A stretch of 64,000 bases of DNA from Octopus vulgaris (Eukaryota): contig OX597818.1 of NCBI GenBank assembly GCA_951406725.2, positions 122,698,001 to 122,762,000 on the forward strand. Reading direction: 5' to 3'. The translations under genes and the position numbers were made by a program. Below, one piece after another: positions 42,465 to 57,335 of this stretch; within the stretch, counting starts at the first letter, position 1; each line of letters starts with the position of its first letter. A model generated the notes under the pieces. That model made no database searches, had not been told where the DNA came from, and worked only from the letters and a program-made list of their open reading frames with translations.

Positions 42465-42607
42465 GAAGGTATGTGGCCTAGTGGTTAAGATAAACAGCTC
42501 AGGATCGTAAGTTTGTGATTTCGCTTCAGCCGGCGTATTTTGTCCGAGCGCAAGACAATTTCTTTCACATTGCTGCAGTTCACTCAGAAGGCAAAAGTGA
42601 GTAGCTC
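42465..42607 (+). mobile_element. Old tRNA-derived SINE (family D) head
   Basis: GTGGCCTAGTGGTTAAG A box followed by ...TTTCACATTGCTGCAGTTCACTCAG. Confidence 0.5.
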
Positions 42608-44461
42608 TTACAAAAGTCTCTTTGATATTCTACTACGTGGGCTTCCAAGCTGTGTAGTGTCTCGCGTGCCGACTCTCTTCTTGAGGTAACAAATCATCGT
42701 CTCCGGAGCTAGTGGATCTGAAAAATGAATGTTCCTATTTTCTCTCGAATCATATTTCATTCTTATATACACAGTAGGGAAACGTTGGTGATGTAACCTT
42801 AATTAACGCTGTACGTTCTCTTAGTCAGGGTTGATCTCACTGGATAATGGAGTTCTATAATTTTCCTGCATGAATAAACATTTGCAATAGAATTACCTTT
42901 GATCATATGTTTACTCAATCGTGGCTTAACCGTAGCGAAAGTACGATACTAAAAACAATGGCAACCATGACAACAGTGATTCCGTAAAATAACTTTCAGA
43001 AGAATACGATAATGAGTATCTGTACGTTGATTTTGATTACATATACATTGACGTTGTCGAAGTACATGCTAAATTTTATTGCAATATTTCACAATAAAAT
43101 GATGAGGATATCTTTCTGAGAACACCTTTCAGTTTAGAAACAATCACGTATTCAGTTGTAGCAATAGCTCCAGATTTGCATCTCCTGCAGCTTGAATTCG
43201 AGCCTCTAAAACCAAGAATGATTGATCAACTAAGAAAGATGCATCTGATAACGATGTCCTAAACTAATTCCTAAAGACTAGTATGTTATTTTGTTATAAG
43301 TACACCAAAGAGAATATTAGAGAAAAAAGTTAAATTGTAGACATAGTAAAATTCAATTCCATGTTGGAATAAACTGTGATTGTTCTGAATAATTCACTTG
43401 TTAATCATGTAGTTTACAACTTTTCATTATTGTCCGATAGGCAAAAATAGACTATATATTGTATCAAGTTCCCCCGATACAATGAAGTACAAGCTGTCGA
43501 CAATTAGATTTTAAATCTAGTAACTCTTATTGACAGTTTGTTTCCTTATGCAAAAAAAAAAATGGTTTGTTTTCATACGTCCATGGCAGCTTTTCTGATT
43601 TTAATATGAATGAATGATGTGAAGGATTTTTGGCTGCTATCTCTAGCAGTTCTCCCAGTAAGTTATCTCCACGGGGTGTATGTTACATCTCCGGTTAAAT
43701 AGTAGCTAAAATGGAAATTGAACTATATGAATCGTGTAATCATATGTTTAGTTGAATATGTATGGGAAAAACCTAAACATGTCGGAAATTGTCTCTTGCT
43801 GGGATGTCAAGAGTATAAAAGTCAACCAATAGGAATATGTCCATATCTTCCACAACATGTAAAATAATTATTTGACATTCTGGGTTTGAACCTGCATCTT
43901 AATTGAATTTATCATCTACTAGTGCGGGGTTAGATATATTCAAGGAGTCAGTTGAATTAACTATGACACAGCAGCTAAATGTCACTCGAATTATATCCTA
44001 CCGATTTAAGCACTCATAAATAAACGGTTTCTGGAGGGCAGACTGTCTTGAGAAGAAGAGAAAGTCACTGATCATGCTCGATCAGAGCCAACCTGGCAAG
44101 GAACTGTATTAACAGCAAACATTAATGTTAGTCTTCTTGCGATGTCAATCACACTACAAGAAATGCAAGTAAATCCGAACTTTAATTAGAAGTTCATGTT
44201 GAATATGGAAGAACATCAGATAGTATCGTACGAGGTGAACTGTGTCAAAATGAAAGCTGGGATTCTTACATCTGCTTTAAATCTTAAGTCTGCTGAATTG
44301 ACACGAAACAAAAGACATGACAAAATCAACAAGAGATATTCTTTTTCTCAAAGAAATTAATATAAACCTGCATAAATTTACTCATAAATTAGTGTTCACT
44401 TGCGCAGGTTCTCACATACATGCATACATACATTCATATATATATATATGTATATATATAC

Positions 44462-44512
<51 letters not shown>

Positions 44513-44528
44513 CATACATACATACACG

Positions 44529-44822
44529 TGGAGGCGCAAGGCCCAGTGGTTAGGGCAGCGGACTCGCGGTCGTAGGATCGCGGCTTCGATTCCCAGACCG
44601 GGCGTTGTGAGTGTTTATTGAGCGAAAACACCTAAAAGCTCCACGAGGCTCCAGCAAGGGGTGGTGATCCCTGCTGTACTCTTTCACCACTCTTTCTTCT
44701 GTTGGCCTGCTCGCTTAGCCAGCGAGGTGGCGTCATTCGAAGGCTAAAACAATGCGAACGCATTGTGACCAGCGATGTGTAACTACATCTGATGGACTGG
44801 TCGGTCACGTGATCACGTGATA
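44529..44822 (+). mobile_element. tRNA-derived SINE family C, tail variant 2
   Basis: TGGAGGCGCAAGGCCCAGTGGTTAGG...TTCGATTCCCAGACCGGGCG, ending CACGTGATCACGTGATA within (TA)-rich repeats. Confidence 0.88.
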
Positions 44823-44827
44823 TATAC

Positions 44828-44861
<34 letters not shown>

Positions 44862-45379
44862 GTGTGTGTATGTGTATGCATGTATACATATATACATCCA
44901 TACACATACATATGATTGGTTGAGTTGTTGAATGATTAAGAGAGAGAGAAAACATTATCGTTATGATTCCTCCGAGAATATTTCTTTACAGTCTCCAGCA
45001 TTACTGCTCCCGATTATTCTCACCACAAAAGTCAAACTCCCAGTGGAGCTGGAGACCAACCAAGACCATTACACCCACCATGGTGCAAGACATGAGGTAC
45101 TGCGAGAGCCTAAATATTGTATTGAGTGACTAAACATTTCACTTTTAGAATTTAAGAAAACCCCGCCCCCCGTAGCCAAGCGTAATTTTTAGGATCCTAG
45201 GAAACGGAAGACCCTCTTTAAGAGGCAACTAAATAACCATAAGCCATCTATTAAGATCTTAGAGAAGATGGACATTGCGTCGCTGGTCGACAACATATAG
45301 GGTTTAAAAAATAATGTATGCCATACTGCACTTAACGGGATCGTCTGGAACATACCTCAACGAGGGCAATTAGCGCGTG

Positions 45380-45620
45380 TCTACGATTTAAAAAAAATTT
45401 GCCATCAATTTTTCCAATTTTTAATGCATTTTTGGCATATATAAGGGAAGTAACTCTCTAACAATTTATTATTAAATCTCAGAACTTAAAAAGCTACAGT
45501 AACACCACACCCCCTTTGTGGTTAGCCATATTGAGATGGCTATTATACTTTACATCTCTAAAAATGCTTATATAGTTATTTCACTTACAAACCCGAGCAA
45601 CGGCGGGCGATACTGCTAGT
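45380..45620 (-). mobile_element. Helentron/HINE-like element 5' part
   Basis: The minus strand begins ACTAGCAGTATCGCCCGCCGTTGCTCGGGTTTGT, the same 5' end as 12094, but the body differs. The lower boundary is uncertain. Confidence 0.5.
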
Positions 45621-45990
45621 TTTTTATAAAGTGAATTTCTGTCAAATTTTGTTAACGTTCAACTTTATTTAGTGCAGGATACCTTTCAAAGAGAAAAAAA
45701 AGATGCTGGAGAAGTGTTACGATACGAGAAGTGGAGGTGTATGCATGAGACACCTGATGAACTTGTATCTCGGTAAGAAACGTAAGGAGGGTCAGGTTTG
45801 TACAGTTCACTACATCACGCGAACGTGATCGGGAGAAAACAAAAAATTTAGTTTGAAATTAACTAACAATCACACAAATGTTGCTGTCCCAGAATGATCA
45901 CAGCGCATGACTAGAATCACCGAAGGATAAAATATACACACAAACGTAAGCAAATATACACATATCCATGCATATATGGTGTATGTGTGT

Positions 45991-46042
<52 letters not shown>

Positions 46043-46053
46043 CTATCTATCTA

Positions 46054-46087
<34 letters not shown>

Positions 46088-46158
46088 TTTGATTTTGATT
46101 TTTGATTTTTCCAGTTTCAGCTAATGAGCTGTGGCCATGCTGGGGCAATATATATATA

Positions 46159-46212
<54 letters not shown>

Positions 46213-46371
46213 CATATGTACATATGATATGTATACATATATATCATATAGTATATATATGTGTGTGTATATATCTGTCTATCTATCTATCTAATACATC
46301 TGAGCGTTATACTAATTCATGTTTGTTTTGTACACCACCTGTCTTCGTCTTTTGTTTTTTTCGTAAACTCT

Positions 46372-46443
<72 letters not shown>

Positions 46444-46740
46444 ATATGAGATTGTCAGATACAGACTAAAATAAATGTTTATGTATGTATAAACGCATAG
46501 ACACAGACATGCACACATACATACATCTATAGATATAGTATTTGAATATACAGATATAATTGTTACAAAGAAAAAGTTGGCATTTCGCAGTTTCGCCTAA
46601 TAACCCTCACCGAGGTAACTGTCAACATTTTCCCTTTAAATGTGAAATAAGCATGTTACTGTGGTGAATAGTATTGAGTGATCTTTCAATTTAAAGTTTT
46701 AACGTTTCTAAACAAAACTATACACAGAAACAAAGTTTTA

Positions 46741-46790
<50 letters not shown>

Positions 46791-46823
46791 ATATATATAT
46801 ATTACTTTTATATGTAATCATGT

Positions 46824-46868
<45 letters not shown>

Positions 46869-46946
46869 ATATTTACACATATAAGTTAGGTAGATAGATA
46901 GATAAATTCAAGCATGCATATATATATAGATATATGAAATGATGAA

Positions 46947-47133
<187 letters not shown>

Positions 47134-47748
47134 TACATATAAAAGTTTACACATATATGTCAGTCTGTGTACGTATATGAGTGTCTGCATGTTGTGCATG
47201 TATATAGATATATGTCTATAAACATAATGTTTTGAAATGCACTGTTAAAAAAAAAAGTACAAAAATAAATATGGTATCTGCATTGATAATTTGAAATGTA
47301 AATAAAAGCTGAAGAAAATAACATGTCAAAAGCGACGCCTGACCTTGTTTTTCAAAACTGCAACTCAGTAAATCATAACTGAATTAATCACACACATCAA
47401 ACGCCATTATAGATGATCACACCGCACAAAAATAATGATTATCTCCCCATAACCTCAAAGTAAAAATCCTACTTTTAATCTCTAGCATTTGACCGATGAT
47501 TCTGTCATATGATCGTGGTATTTTTTGTTTCTTATTTCGTTCCTTATTTTTTTGGTTCATTCCGTTTTCTCTTTGTTTTTGGTGGTGATGTTGGTGGTAG
47601 TTGGGTTTCCTTTATCACCATAACTAAATAGTCAAGCTAGTTTTAACATTTCTTTATATTTTATCGAGTATTAAATATTGAATTCTTTCGAATTGATCGA
47701 TTAGCATAATGAAGCAGTACTAACAGGTTATATACATATTCATATTCA

Positions 47749-47823
<75 letters not shown>

Positions 47824-47864
47824 ATATATATATATATATGTTTACATACACATGTATATGCATA

Positions 47865-48228
47865 GGCGCAGGAGTACCTGTGTGGTAAGTAGCTTACGTT
47901 TTTTCGGGTTCCGGGTTCAGTTCTAAACCATGTTCGTGGCACCTATAGCGTCGGGCAGACCAAAGCCTTGTGAATGGATTTGGTAAACGGATACTGAAAG
48001 AAGCTCGTCGTATATACGAGTGTGTGCATTTGCGTTTGTGCGTCTGTGTTTGCCCCCATCGCTTGACAAACGATGCTGGTATGTTTACGTCCCCGTATCT
48101 AGCGGTTCGGCAAATCAGACCGATATAATAAGTACTAGGCTCACAAAGAATAAGGCCTGAGGTCGGGTTTGCTTTACTAAAGGCGGTGCTCCAGCATGGC
48201 CGCGGTCAAATAACTGAAACAATAAATG
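47865..48228 (+). mobile_element. SINE family B
   Basis: GGCGCAGGAGTACCTGTGTGGTAAGTAGC...AAGGCGGTGCTCCAGCATGGCCGC. Confidence 0.88.
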
Positions 48229-48229
48229 A

Positions 48230-48271
<42 letters not shown>

Positions 48272-48416
48272 GCATATACATATATATACATATGTATGCA
48301 TGTATATATTTATATATATACATATATATACATACACATGTATATATATATACATACATATGTATATATATGTATATATACATATATATGTATACACACA
48401 CATACACACACACAAA

Positions 48417-48461
<45 letters not shown>

Positions 48462-48620
48462 ACATCCCCGTACATCTGTGACTCACAACCACCTTTCAAG
48501 TGATATCATATGATATCTTTTTTATAGCTTTAAATATATACAACATACAAATACATTTAAAAATATAACACCTACAGGTGAATACACACATATACATATA
48601 TATACACACACACACACATA

Positions 48621-48662
<42 letters not shown>

Positions 48663-48921
48663 GATAAATGCATACACCAACACACACATATATACGCACA
48701 CACACATACACATATATGTAAGGCACATATGAAGCGGATTATAATTTCAAACATGATTCATCCATTAAGATTTTCTTTTCGTTCAGTGCGACACATTTAA
48801 GTTTTTTATTTCAATAACGGCAATAAAGGTACTTAAATTTCTTTTTCGTTTTAATTTTGTTTCATACATACATTACGTACATACATACATACATACATAC
48901 ATACATACATACATACTACTA

Positions 48922-48968
<47 letters not shown>

Positions 48969-49165
48969 GCTGCTGCTGAATATGATACTGATTATATTAG
49001 TTCGCTATTGGTCACGAGGTCCCAGACCACAAACCTGCGAAGGAAAAACTAACATTTAAATCTTACAAAATATTGCTGATGTGTGTGTGTGTCTGTGTGT
49101 ATGTTTGTGTGTGTTGAGATCAGTCTGTCTCTCTGACTTTTGCATGTATGCATGTAGGTTTTTCA

Positions 49166-49570
49166 TTCTCTTTTACTCTTTTTACTCTTTCACTTGTTTC
49201 AGTCATTTGACTGCGGCCATGCTGGAGCACCGCCTTTAGTCGAGCAAATCGACCCCGGAACTTATTCTTTGTAAGCCCAGTACTTATTCTATCGGTCTCT
49301 TTTGCCGAACCGCTAAGTGATGGGGACGTAAACACACCAGCATCGATTGTGAAGCAATGCTAAGGGGACAAACACAGATACACAAACACACACACACATA
49401 CATATATACAACAGGATTCTTTCAGTTTCCGTCTACCAAATCCACTCACAAGGCATTGGTCGGCCCGTGGCTATAGCAGAAGACACTTGCCCAAGATGCC
49501 ACGCAGTGGGACTGAACCCGGAACCATGTGGTTGGTTAGCAAGCTACTTACTACACAGCCACTCCTGCGC
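49166..49570 (-). mobile_element. SINE family B, full length
   Basis: Complete reverse complement of the family B sequence, including the (CTTTTA)-type tail. Confidence 0.92.
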
Positions 49571-49599
49571 TTTTATTTCAAGAATTCACTTTTATTTCA

Positions 49600-49940
49600 A
49601 GAATTTTTGCCAACAGGGAAAGAACGGGTTCTAACCTAGATAGAATGCTCTTTGATTGGAGATTTAGCAACATCGACAGGGAATTTTTCATATATTTTGT
49701 TTATGTGTAATAGCTGGAGTCAATGCTTTTGCAGATTTGTATGTTTTGTTTCATATATATGTATGTCATTATTTAGTTTTATTTTAAGATTTCTTGCCAA
49801 TAGAGAACGAGCCGGTTTCTTACCTAGATCCAAGGCTCCTTCGTTGGAAATCCAACATCAACAACAGGGTATTTTTGTACGTATGTATATATGTATATCG
49901 TGCAGATTTGTATGTTTTGTTTTATGAATGTCTACTTATG
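49600..49940. repeat. Diverged ~185-bp tandem duplication
   Basis: TTGCCAA...CCTAGAT...AACATC...ACAGGG and GCAGATTTGTATGTTTTGTTT each occur twice. A related motif lies at ~50785-50830. Confidence 0.6.
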
Positions 49941-49989
49941 CATATAGTTGTATGTCTACAGCTTTCACCTTTTTTTTTATTTTCTAAAG

Positions 49990-50700
49990 CCTAATTTCCC
50001 AAGATTGGAATCTATGCAGCGTGTTACATGTCCCAGTGCTTTAAAAATTACAGGTATAAATCTGAACTTGTAATCTTCGTACCTGCAAATTTCTCAATAG
50101 TTCAGCGTAGGTATTCTCATTTTCACTGATCTTCACCTTTATGTTAACATCCGCTGGACAGCTGATTTCCACAATTGTATACAGTTCCTTTTCTCTATCT
50201 CAAATCATTACTTGAAGTTTATTGTGCTTATATCTTATGGAGGTTTACACTGGGACATTCCACCTGTAGTCCTTTTTATTATGAGGGACTATGGCTTCTA
50301 CCATACTGTGTGTTTTTATTTCTTTGTCCATGGGGTTATCCTTTCGACGGATCTCGTTATACAGTGTCCTAGCTATAACTTCATATCTCATCGGTAGATA
50401 TAACCGTAATGCCATTTTTGGACAACTGCTTATGATCAGGGTGATATCTTCGGGGTTAAGTCCAGAAAGTCTACATCGGTTGTCACATTTTACTGCATTT
50501 CCTGCATCTCCGTACCTTTTGTGCATCAGGTGTTTGGTTGGTATTTCATGTTCCCGGATTGCAAACGTATACCCTTCAAAGCAATAGGTAGTATTCTGAT
50601 TGTTAGTCCATGACAGACTGCTTTGATGATCAATGTACTATCATATCGAAGCTTTCTACGATCATATCTATGCAAGGTGTTCTGCTTACATATGCTCATC
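49990..50700 (-). mobile_element. RLE non-LTR retrotransposon remnant (family 4, R4/NeSL-like)
   Basis: FEGYTFAIREHEIPTK, then ORF 50245..50526 CRLSGLNPEDITLIISSCPKM...LPMRYE (decayed zinc knuckle and RHD), then IVEISCPADVNI. Confidence 0.8.
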
Positions 50701-51089
50701 CTTGTAAGTATATCTTTTCTGTTTGTGTATGTTGTATGTATGTATGTATGTATGTATGCCTCTTCTATTTTTTAATAATTATAGATCTTCCACCGAGGAG
50801 GAAACCGGTATCCAACAAAGATACAAGGTTCTATCACATTGTTACTGTTCCACTTACAGATTGGACTTGTAATGTACGAATCAGCCGGTCAATTTCTCTT
50901 TCTGAAAAACCCTTTTTATCCGGATTCTCCTTTAATCATTTACTAAAACAAAATAGTGCTTCCAATTATTATTGGTATGGATATGAATTCATAGTCTGAG
51001 TATAAAAGCTGGAGGTTTCGAAGCAGTTGTCCATACTAATACGTTAAAACCAGACTATGTTTTAACTTTATTCAACTCATATTTGTGTG

Positions 51090-51335
51090 TCTGTGTATGT
51101 GTGAGTATTTGTTTGTGTGTGTATTTGTGCCTGTGCTGGTGCCCACCACCACCGCTTAACAGCCAGTATTAGTGTTTACGTGCGCATAATCAAGCGGTCT
51201 GGCAAAAGAGACCTATAGAATGAATACTAGGCTTTAAAAGTATAAGTCATCAGGGCGATTTGTTCGACTAAAACCCTTCATGACTGTGACCCAGCATGGC
51301 CTCAGTCAAATAACTGAAACGAGTAAACGATAAGA
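51090..51335 (+). mobile_element. SINE family B 3' half
   Basis: GGCAAAAGAGACCTATAGAATG...GATTTGTTCGACTAAAACCCTTC...CCAGCATGGCCTCAGTCAAATAACTGAAAC. Confidence 0.8.
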
Positions 51336-51787
51336 TATAATAGATAAATAAATGAATTTCTTGTACAGGAGGCGGTACTGTACCATAAAAGAATATAGAA
51401 GGGAGAGAAAGATGAATCTAATTAGAAAGTGAAGAAGAGTGTGGAGGGAAGCGAAGGCGGGCAAAACGAAAACATTAGAGGAAACGGTAGCTAAGTTATA
51501 AGTCAGTGAAAACTGACGACGTATATCTAATACAGACACTCACAAACACAGAGGAAGGGTGGAGGTGACAAGAAAGTGTACGCTAGGTAAAGAAATTAGA
51601 TAGACAGATTATTTAATATACAGAAAAGGTAAAGGCCAAACAATGGTCATTCAACCACGGACAATAGCTGGTAGAAATAATGCTGACGAAATTCAATTTC
51701 GAAATTTTCATGTACATATATGTGTATATGTGTGTATGTATGTATGCATGCATGTATATATGTATTCATGTATGTATTTACGCATGA

Positions 51788-51833
<46 letters not shown>

Positions 51834-53081
51834 AGTGTATATTATATGTATATTTGTATGCATGTATATATATATACATAAATTCAACTATATAAGCAAA
51901 AGGTGTATATACATACACACACATGCTTACATACATATATACACACATTTATATAAGAGGAAATGAACTTGAAAATGCACACAGAATAAATTAGAATTAT
52001 TTAGAATTTAATTATATTATAAGAATACACTTGACCTGTTTCACAATAGATTTTCAAAAGTGTACAGTGTAAAGTGTTGTATCACCGATTATGTCTATTC
52101 TTGCTGTTGTTATAAAAGTACTTTACTTCGCATCTCGTCATCTTTCTTATCCCACGCATTAATTGTTGTAGAATGTGTTCTTGGCCTTGTTCTTAAGAAA
52201 AACAAAATTAACGCACAAGAAGCTGTCATCTGTTTTTATTTACTTCATACCTCGTTATCTCACTTATGCTATAGCTTAATTAGTGTAGAATATCCGCTTG
52301 GGAATTTTGTAGGGAACCCAACAGACACACGGTATTGAAATGAAAGTGCGTTAAGATTTGTCTCGTTGAATTTATATTGAATGTCACTACACATAACCAA
52401 GTAAATCATACTTCATTGCCAATTGTTATTTAATATTGCTATCGACTCAGGTGAAAAATATCTAATCAGGCAAACTCACCCAACCTTTATGCCTGGATTA
52501 CTGTAAATAATGCGAAAATATTTTCAAGATTTGATTCATGGCAAATATTAACTTAATTGGAGTGAAGAAGCAAAACAGAACTGGTCACCTCCAGGTTGTG
52601 AAAAATTAAATGAGTATTTGAAACGACCGCCCCCACCCACCAAACCTCCTCCTTACATATGCCCCATTTAAAAATAAGTCCTATCTATGATATATTCAAT
52701 TTCCTTCTTATCCATTACACTACAATATTTTTGTTGAAGCAAACTGACTTTCTTTCGATTAATTTTAAGAATGCTGAAAAAAATCTATTAAACCAGCATT
52801 TTCATTGGTGTGACTTTCTTGCGCAGTTGCTACGTGAGCATAATACGAGAACGGATAGCGTCCTCAGCTAAATTCCTGCTTTATAAATAAACTATTCTAA
52901 CAACAACGACCACAATAGACACAATACACGACACAACACCTTATACTATGTACTTTTGAAAATCTATTGCGTAACCGGTCAAATGTATTCCATAGTTTCA
53001 AATTCCAATTAATTCTAATTTATTTTGTGGGCATTTTCAGCCCATTTCTTCTATTCCTGCACTTGATTGGATTAATAACAA

Positions 53082-53148
<67 letters not shown>

Positions 53149-53249
53149 CTATCTATCTTTATATATATATATTCATATGTTCTTAAAATTTAAATCTACA
53201 TCTTTGTCTGTATATCTACCTTCTCTATAATGTTGCCACTTGATTCGAT

Positions 53250-53421
53250 CTCTTTTGCCGAACCGCTAAGTTACGGTTACGTAAACACACCACCATCAGT
53301 TGTCAAGCGATCGTGCTCGTGAGGGAGACAAACATACACACAGACATACACACACACACACCCACTCACACACACACATATACAGGACAGGCTTCTTTCA
53401 GTTTCCGTCTACCAAATCCAC

Positions 53422-53425
<4 letters not shown>
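53250..53425 (-). mobile_element. SINE family B internal fragment
   Basis: CTCTTTTGCCGAACCGCTAAGTTACG...CTTTCAGTTTCCGTCTACCAAATCCACTCAC. Confidence 0.85.
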
Positions 53426-53462
<37 letters not shown>

Positions 53463-53621
53463 CAGTGTTCCGTTATAGGGAGGGTCTACAAAAGAGTACC
53501 CTATCCGTATTAGAAAGATGAAAGTATAAAATGAAACAACGCTGGTAAAAAGTATATAGATAAATTCGATTCTTGATGGGAAAGAGTTCAGGATTACTAC
53601 CATTACATTAAATTGTGCGTG

Positions 53622-53669
<48 letters not shown>

Positions 53670-54218
53670 TATATACATGCCTATATGTGTACGTGTGTAT
53701 GTATGTGTACGTATGTGTCCATGTCTGTGTGCGTGAGGATATATATAGAGGATATATATATAGAACTCCATTCAATCCAATCAATTCAATGTAAGAGTGA
53801 TAACATTAGAAAGAGTGTAATAAAATCTGAGAAAAAATAATATATGCTACACACGTATGTAATATATATCCTGGCGATAAAATTCCATATTTAAAAGATG
53901 AAAGGATAAAATGAAACAGCCCTTATAAAAATTATATAGATGAAATACGATACTTGGAATGAAACAGTTCAGGATTACAAAATATGGAAAAATAACTAAC
54001 AAATTTGAAGTTATACTAAAAACAGTGAGGCAAATATAATGGCGAAAAGTGGCAACGCTAATGTTAATGCCGAGACAAATTATTCGCTGGTAAATTTTCG
54101 GAAATAAAAAACTTTGAAGAATGCCAACAACAGTTCAAATGTTCAGATTTCCTGGTAAATATTTTTCATTGAAGCACAAGGGGTATTTCATATTATAACG
54201 GTAGGATCCATGCTTGAA

Positions 54219-54443
54219 AAGCGATTTGGCAGAATCGTTAGCACTCCAGGTAAAATGCTTAGCGGTATTTCGTCTGCTGTTACGTTCTGAGTTCAAATTC
54301 CGCCGAGGTCAACTTTGCCTTTCATCCTTTCGGGATCGATAAATTAAGTACCAGTTACGCACTGGGGTTGATGTAATCGACTTAATCCGTTTGTCTGTCT
54401 TTGTCCTCTCTGTGTTTAGCCCCTTGTGGGTAGTAAAGAAATA
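54219..54443 (+). mobile_element. SINE family A (A1 tail) with 19-bp TSD
   Basis: Full unit flanked by GGTAGG(A/C)TCCATGCTTGAA at 54200-54218 and 54444-54462. Confidence 0.92.
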
Positions 54444-56031
54444 GGTAGGCTCCATGCTTGAATGGATTTGCATTTTCAACGATAGACCGCTGGATTTTAA
54501 AAAGACCAGAACCAGTTTATTTTAATTTCCATACATAATTTAATTAACATGTTAGTGATCTGTTTAAGGATATTTAAAGAAAATTTTCTGTTGGTAAAAT
54601 CTTGTTTTGATGCAGTTTTCTGTGGTTCTGTTGTAAGTTTATCTTTTTTTTTTTTCAACAAGACTTTATTATCGATTTGAACCGTAGCTGCATAAACAAC
54701 TCCTTTGATCAGTCAATTACTCTTAAGAAAGTAGTGAATTGGTATTTGAAATTACATTTAGCTTCAGTATCAGATCTGTTAGGTTTGTCAAGTCTTCTAT
54801 TGTATTGTTAACGAAGAATTTCAGGGTTCTTCAATTAAGAATACTTAAGTTACTTTATATTCCTGCAGAAAAATAGCTGAAGAAATAAAAAAACAAATCC
54901 GCTCCATTAGTCCTAGTTCTAGCTTTGCGAGATCTTCCTGGGTTATTTTCACTTTCAACGTATCAAATCTATTCGGCGAATCCGTTATTCCTCAGTGCGT
55001 CATTCTATGACGAAGGGGCAATATTAAAAGCAGCCTCATCCGATGACAAGCAAGAGAGTCGCTTGCCTATGTTACTAATTTCCTAAGTGTACAAGCCGTG
55101 TAATTAGAACCATATTAATGTAGAATAGTTTTTTCTTAGGTTTACAATAAGGTCTAAAATTATCGGATTGCAAATCTACACTGATATCTAAGAAGTTGAA
55201 ACTACTAAGGTTCGTCTCAACCGTAATCATTAAGTCTAAACCTAAGCAATACGTTTCTTCCTACGCTTACTGAACTTATTCAGTCCTGTTATGTGCAAAA
55301 GTAAGGCCGTCCCTCTGACGTCAACATTGACTTTTATCCTTGAGTGAGAGATAAATAAAAGTACCAGTCTAGAAATTCGATTCTTGTTGGCAAAGAGTTC
55401 AGGATTACTACCAAGCTGAATCGTTGGAGCATCGGGTGGGTTTATTCATGGTAATTCTTTGTCCGCTCAGTTCAAATGTACTTATGGACAAAATATGCCA
55501 TCCATCATTTCGGATGGAATAACTTAGATGACCTTCAAGAACTGTCCGTGTATTATCTATCTCGCATTCTTTTTACTGATTTGAAACCTCACCGTGATTT
55601 CCTTGGACAGTACACTTAATCCGTTACCTGATTTAACACAATCACCTGGTCGTTCGATGTCTTTAGATGAAACCTTTTTAATTACAAGCAATCGTGCTCG
55701 GTTTGGGGTTTGAGGATACATTCCCTCTCACTAACCACCAGTCTCAGAGACCTGTATATATGAATGGCATTGTCTTTTCCCGCAAAAAATAATGCAAACA
55801 GCATCGTGGATGAAGGCAACTATCCAACAAAGCATGCATATCGACCAAGATCAGAGCAGTAGAGAAAATTCCGTCCGTGGCATACGAACACAGCTGGTAT
55901 CCCATACAGTCTGTTTGTTTCTTATACTAGCGATTCCTTAATGAGTTCGATGCAATGAGTTCTCATTAAAAGTAGATTTACGTTGGCATGTGAACTTCTG
56001 ATCTTTAATGTGCTTATATACACGTTAGCTT

Positions 56032-56080
<49 letters not shown>

Positions 56081-56090
56081 CATCATCATT

Positions 56091-56428
56091 CAGTAGATGT
56101 ATTTTTATAGCGTGCTTTCACTTCACTACCGAGCGCAGCTCTGTGTGCCTTAGGTATGTGCTGTGATTTGTTGTGATGCTCTGATGGTTATTGTATGGAA
56201 AGTGTTCTGCGTAGGATGTGTGCAGTGCCTAGTAGGTGCAATTTTCTGTATGTTATATGTGTTTGTAAGTCCTGGTGTTTTTGTTATGTATTTGTCTGAA
56301 TATTTTTTTATCATGCCTAATGCACCTACTATGATAGGAATTGTTTCTGTTTTTAGTATCCACATTCTGTTTACCTCTATTTCCAGGTCCTTGTATTTTG
56401 AAAGTTTCTCCATTTCTTTTAGAGACAC

Positions 56429-56430
<2 letters not shown>
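56091..56430 (-). mobile_element. R4/Dong-like family 1 3' end
   Basis: Near-identical reverse complement of ~38868-39207 (SLKEMEKLSKYKDLEIE...IQKIA), with (TTA)n on both sides. Confidence 0.95.
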
Positions 56431-56464
<34 letters not shown>

Positions 56465-57335
56465 GAAATTATTGAAATTAACTAGACTAAAACTATATAT
56501 ATATATATATATATGAAATTACACTACATACTATGTTACAAAACCAATGGTTTTCACGTGAAACAATGTTGATTTGTTTATTACACGAGATATTATTGCT
56601 TTAGTGAAGCGTAATACTTGCAATTGATTCATAATAACTGGGTAAGACAATGTGGAGTCGGCAGAAGGATTTTCTGAGAGTATAATGGGAAGGTATTTAT
56701 ATTCTGTAAATACTAATTTGTTACTTATAAACGACAGTTCATTCTCATGTATTACGCGATTTCATTGAGCGAGAACCACTAAAGTATTTATTTCATTGGC
56801 CACCTCTCCAAAAAGGTAATGACAAAATACAACAGGGCTAAATTCGAATTAAGTCTGAAAATTCCATAATTAGGTATACAAACCCATTTTTTCTTAAGTT
56901 GAAAACACTTTAAATCACTGCAAAACATTTGTTTCGAGAATTTAATGTTTCTGCTACTGCATCCTGCCATTTATTGTTGCCGTTGTGATAGAGATTCAGA
57001 GTATTATTTTTGTCACACCTAAGTTGCAAATAGTTTGAAATTTATATAAGTTCTCTACATATAATATACAAATGGCCTTAGTGAAAATGAAGATAAAAAA
57101 AAACAAATACCCTAGAGTTCACAGAATACTAACCACTGCTCTCTCAAATCACTTCCTACCGTCATAAAGTAGGTAGGACATATTGGAAATGTAGTTGTAG
57201 CAGACATACTATGCCTGAAATCAAGACAAAAAGGTTAGAGAGTGCTTCTGACTACCGTTCGGTTCAGTCATGGCAGAGCTGTTTGTTAACAATAGCAACA
57301 AGAGTCACAACATACTACTTTCATTTCTACTTTTA

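Noticed and set aside
44529-44605. tRNA gene
   Set aside because: A and B boxes are present but continue into a multi-copy SINE body, so these are SINE heads, not tRNA genes.
45748-45800. CTGATGA...GAAAC...GTC hammerhead candidate
   Set aside because: Stem I is out of register and stems II and III pair poorly. At best a decayed remnant.
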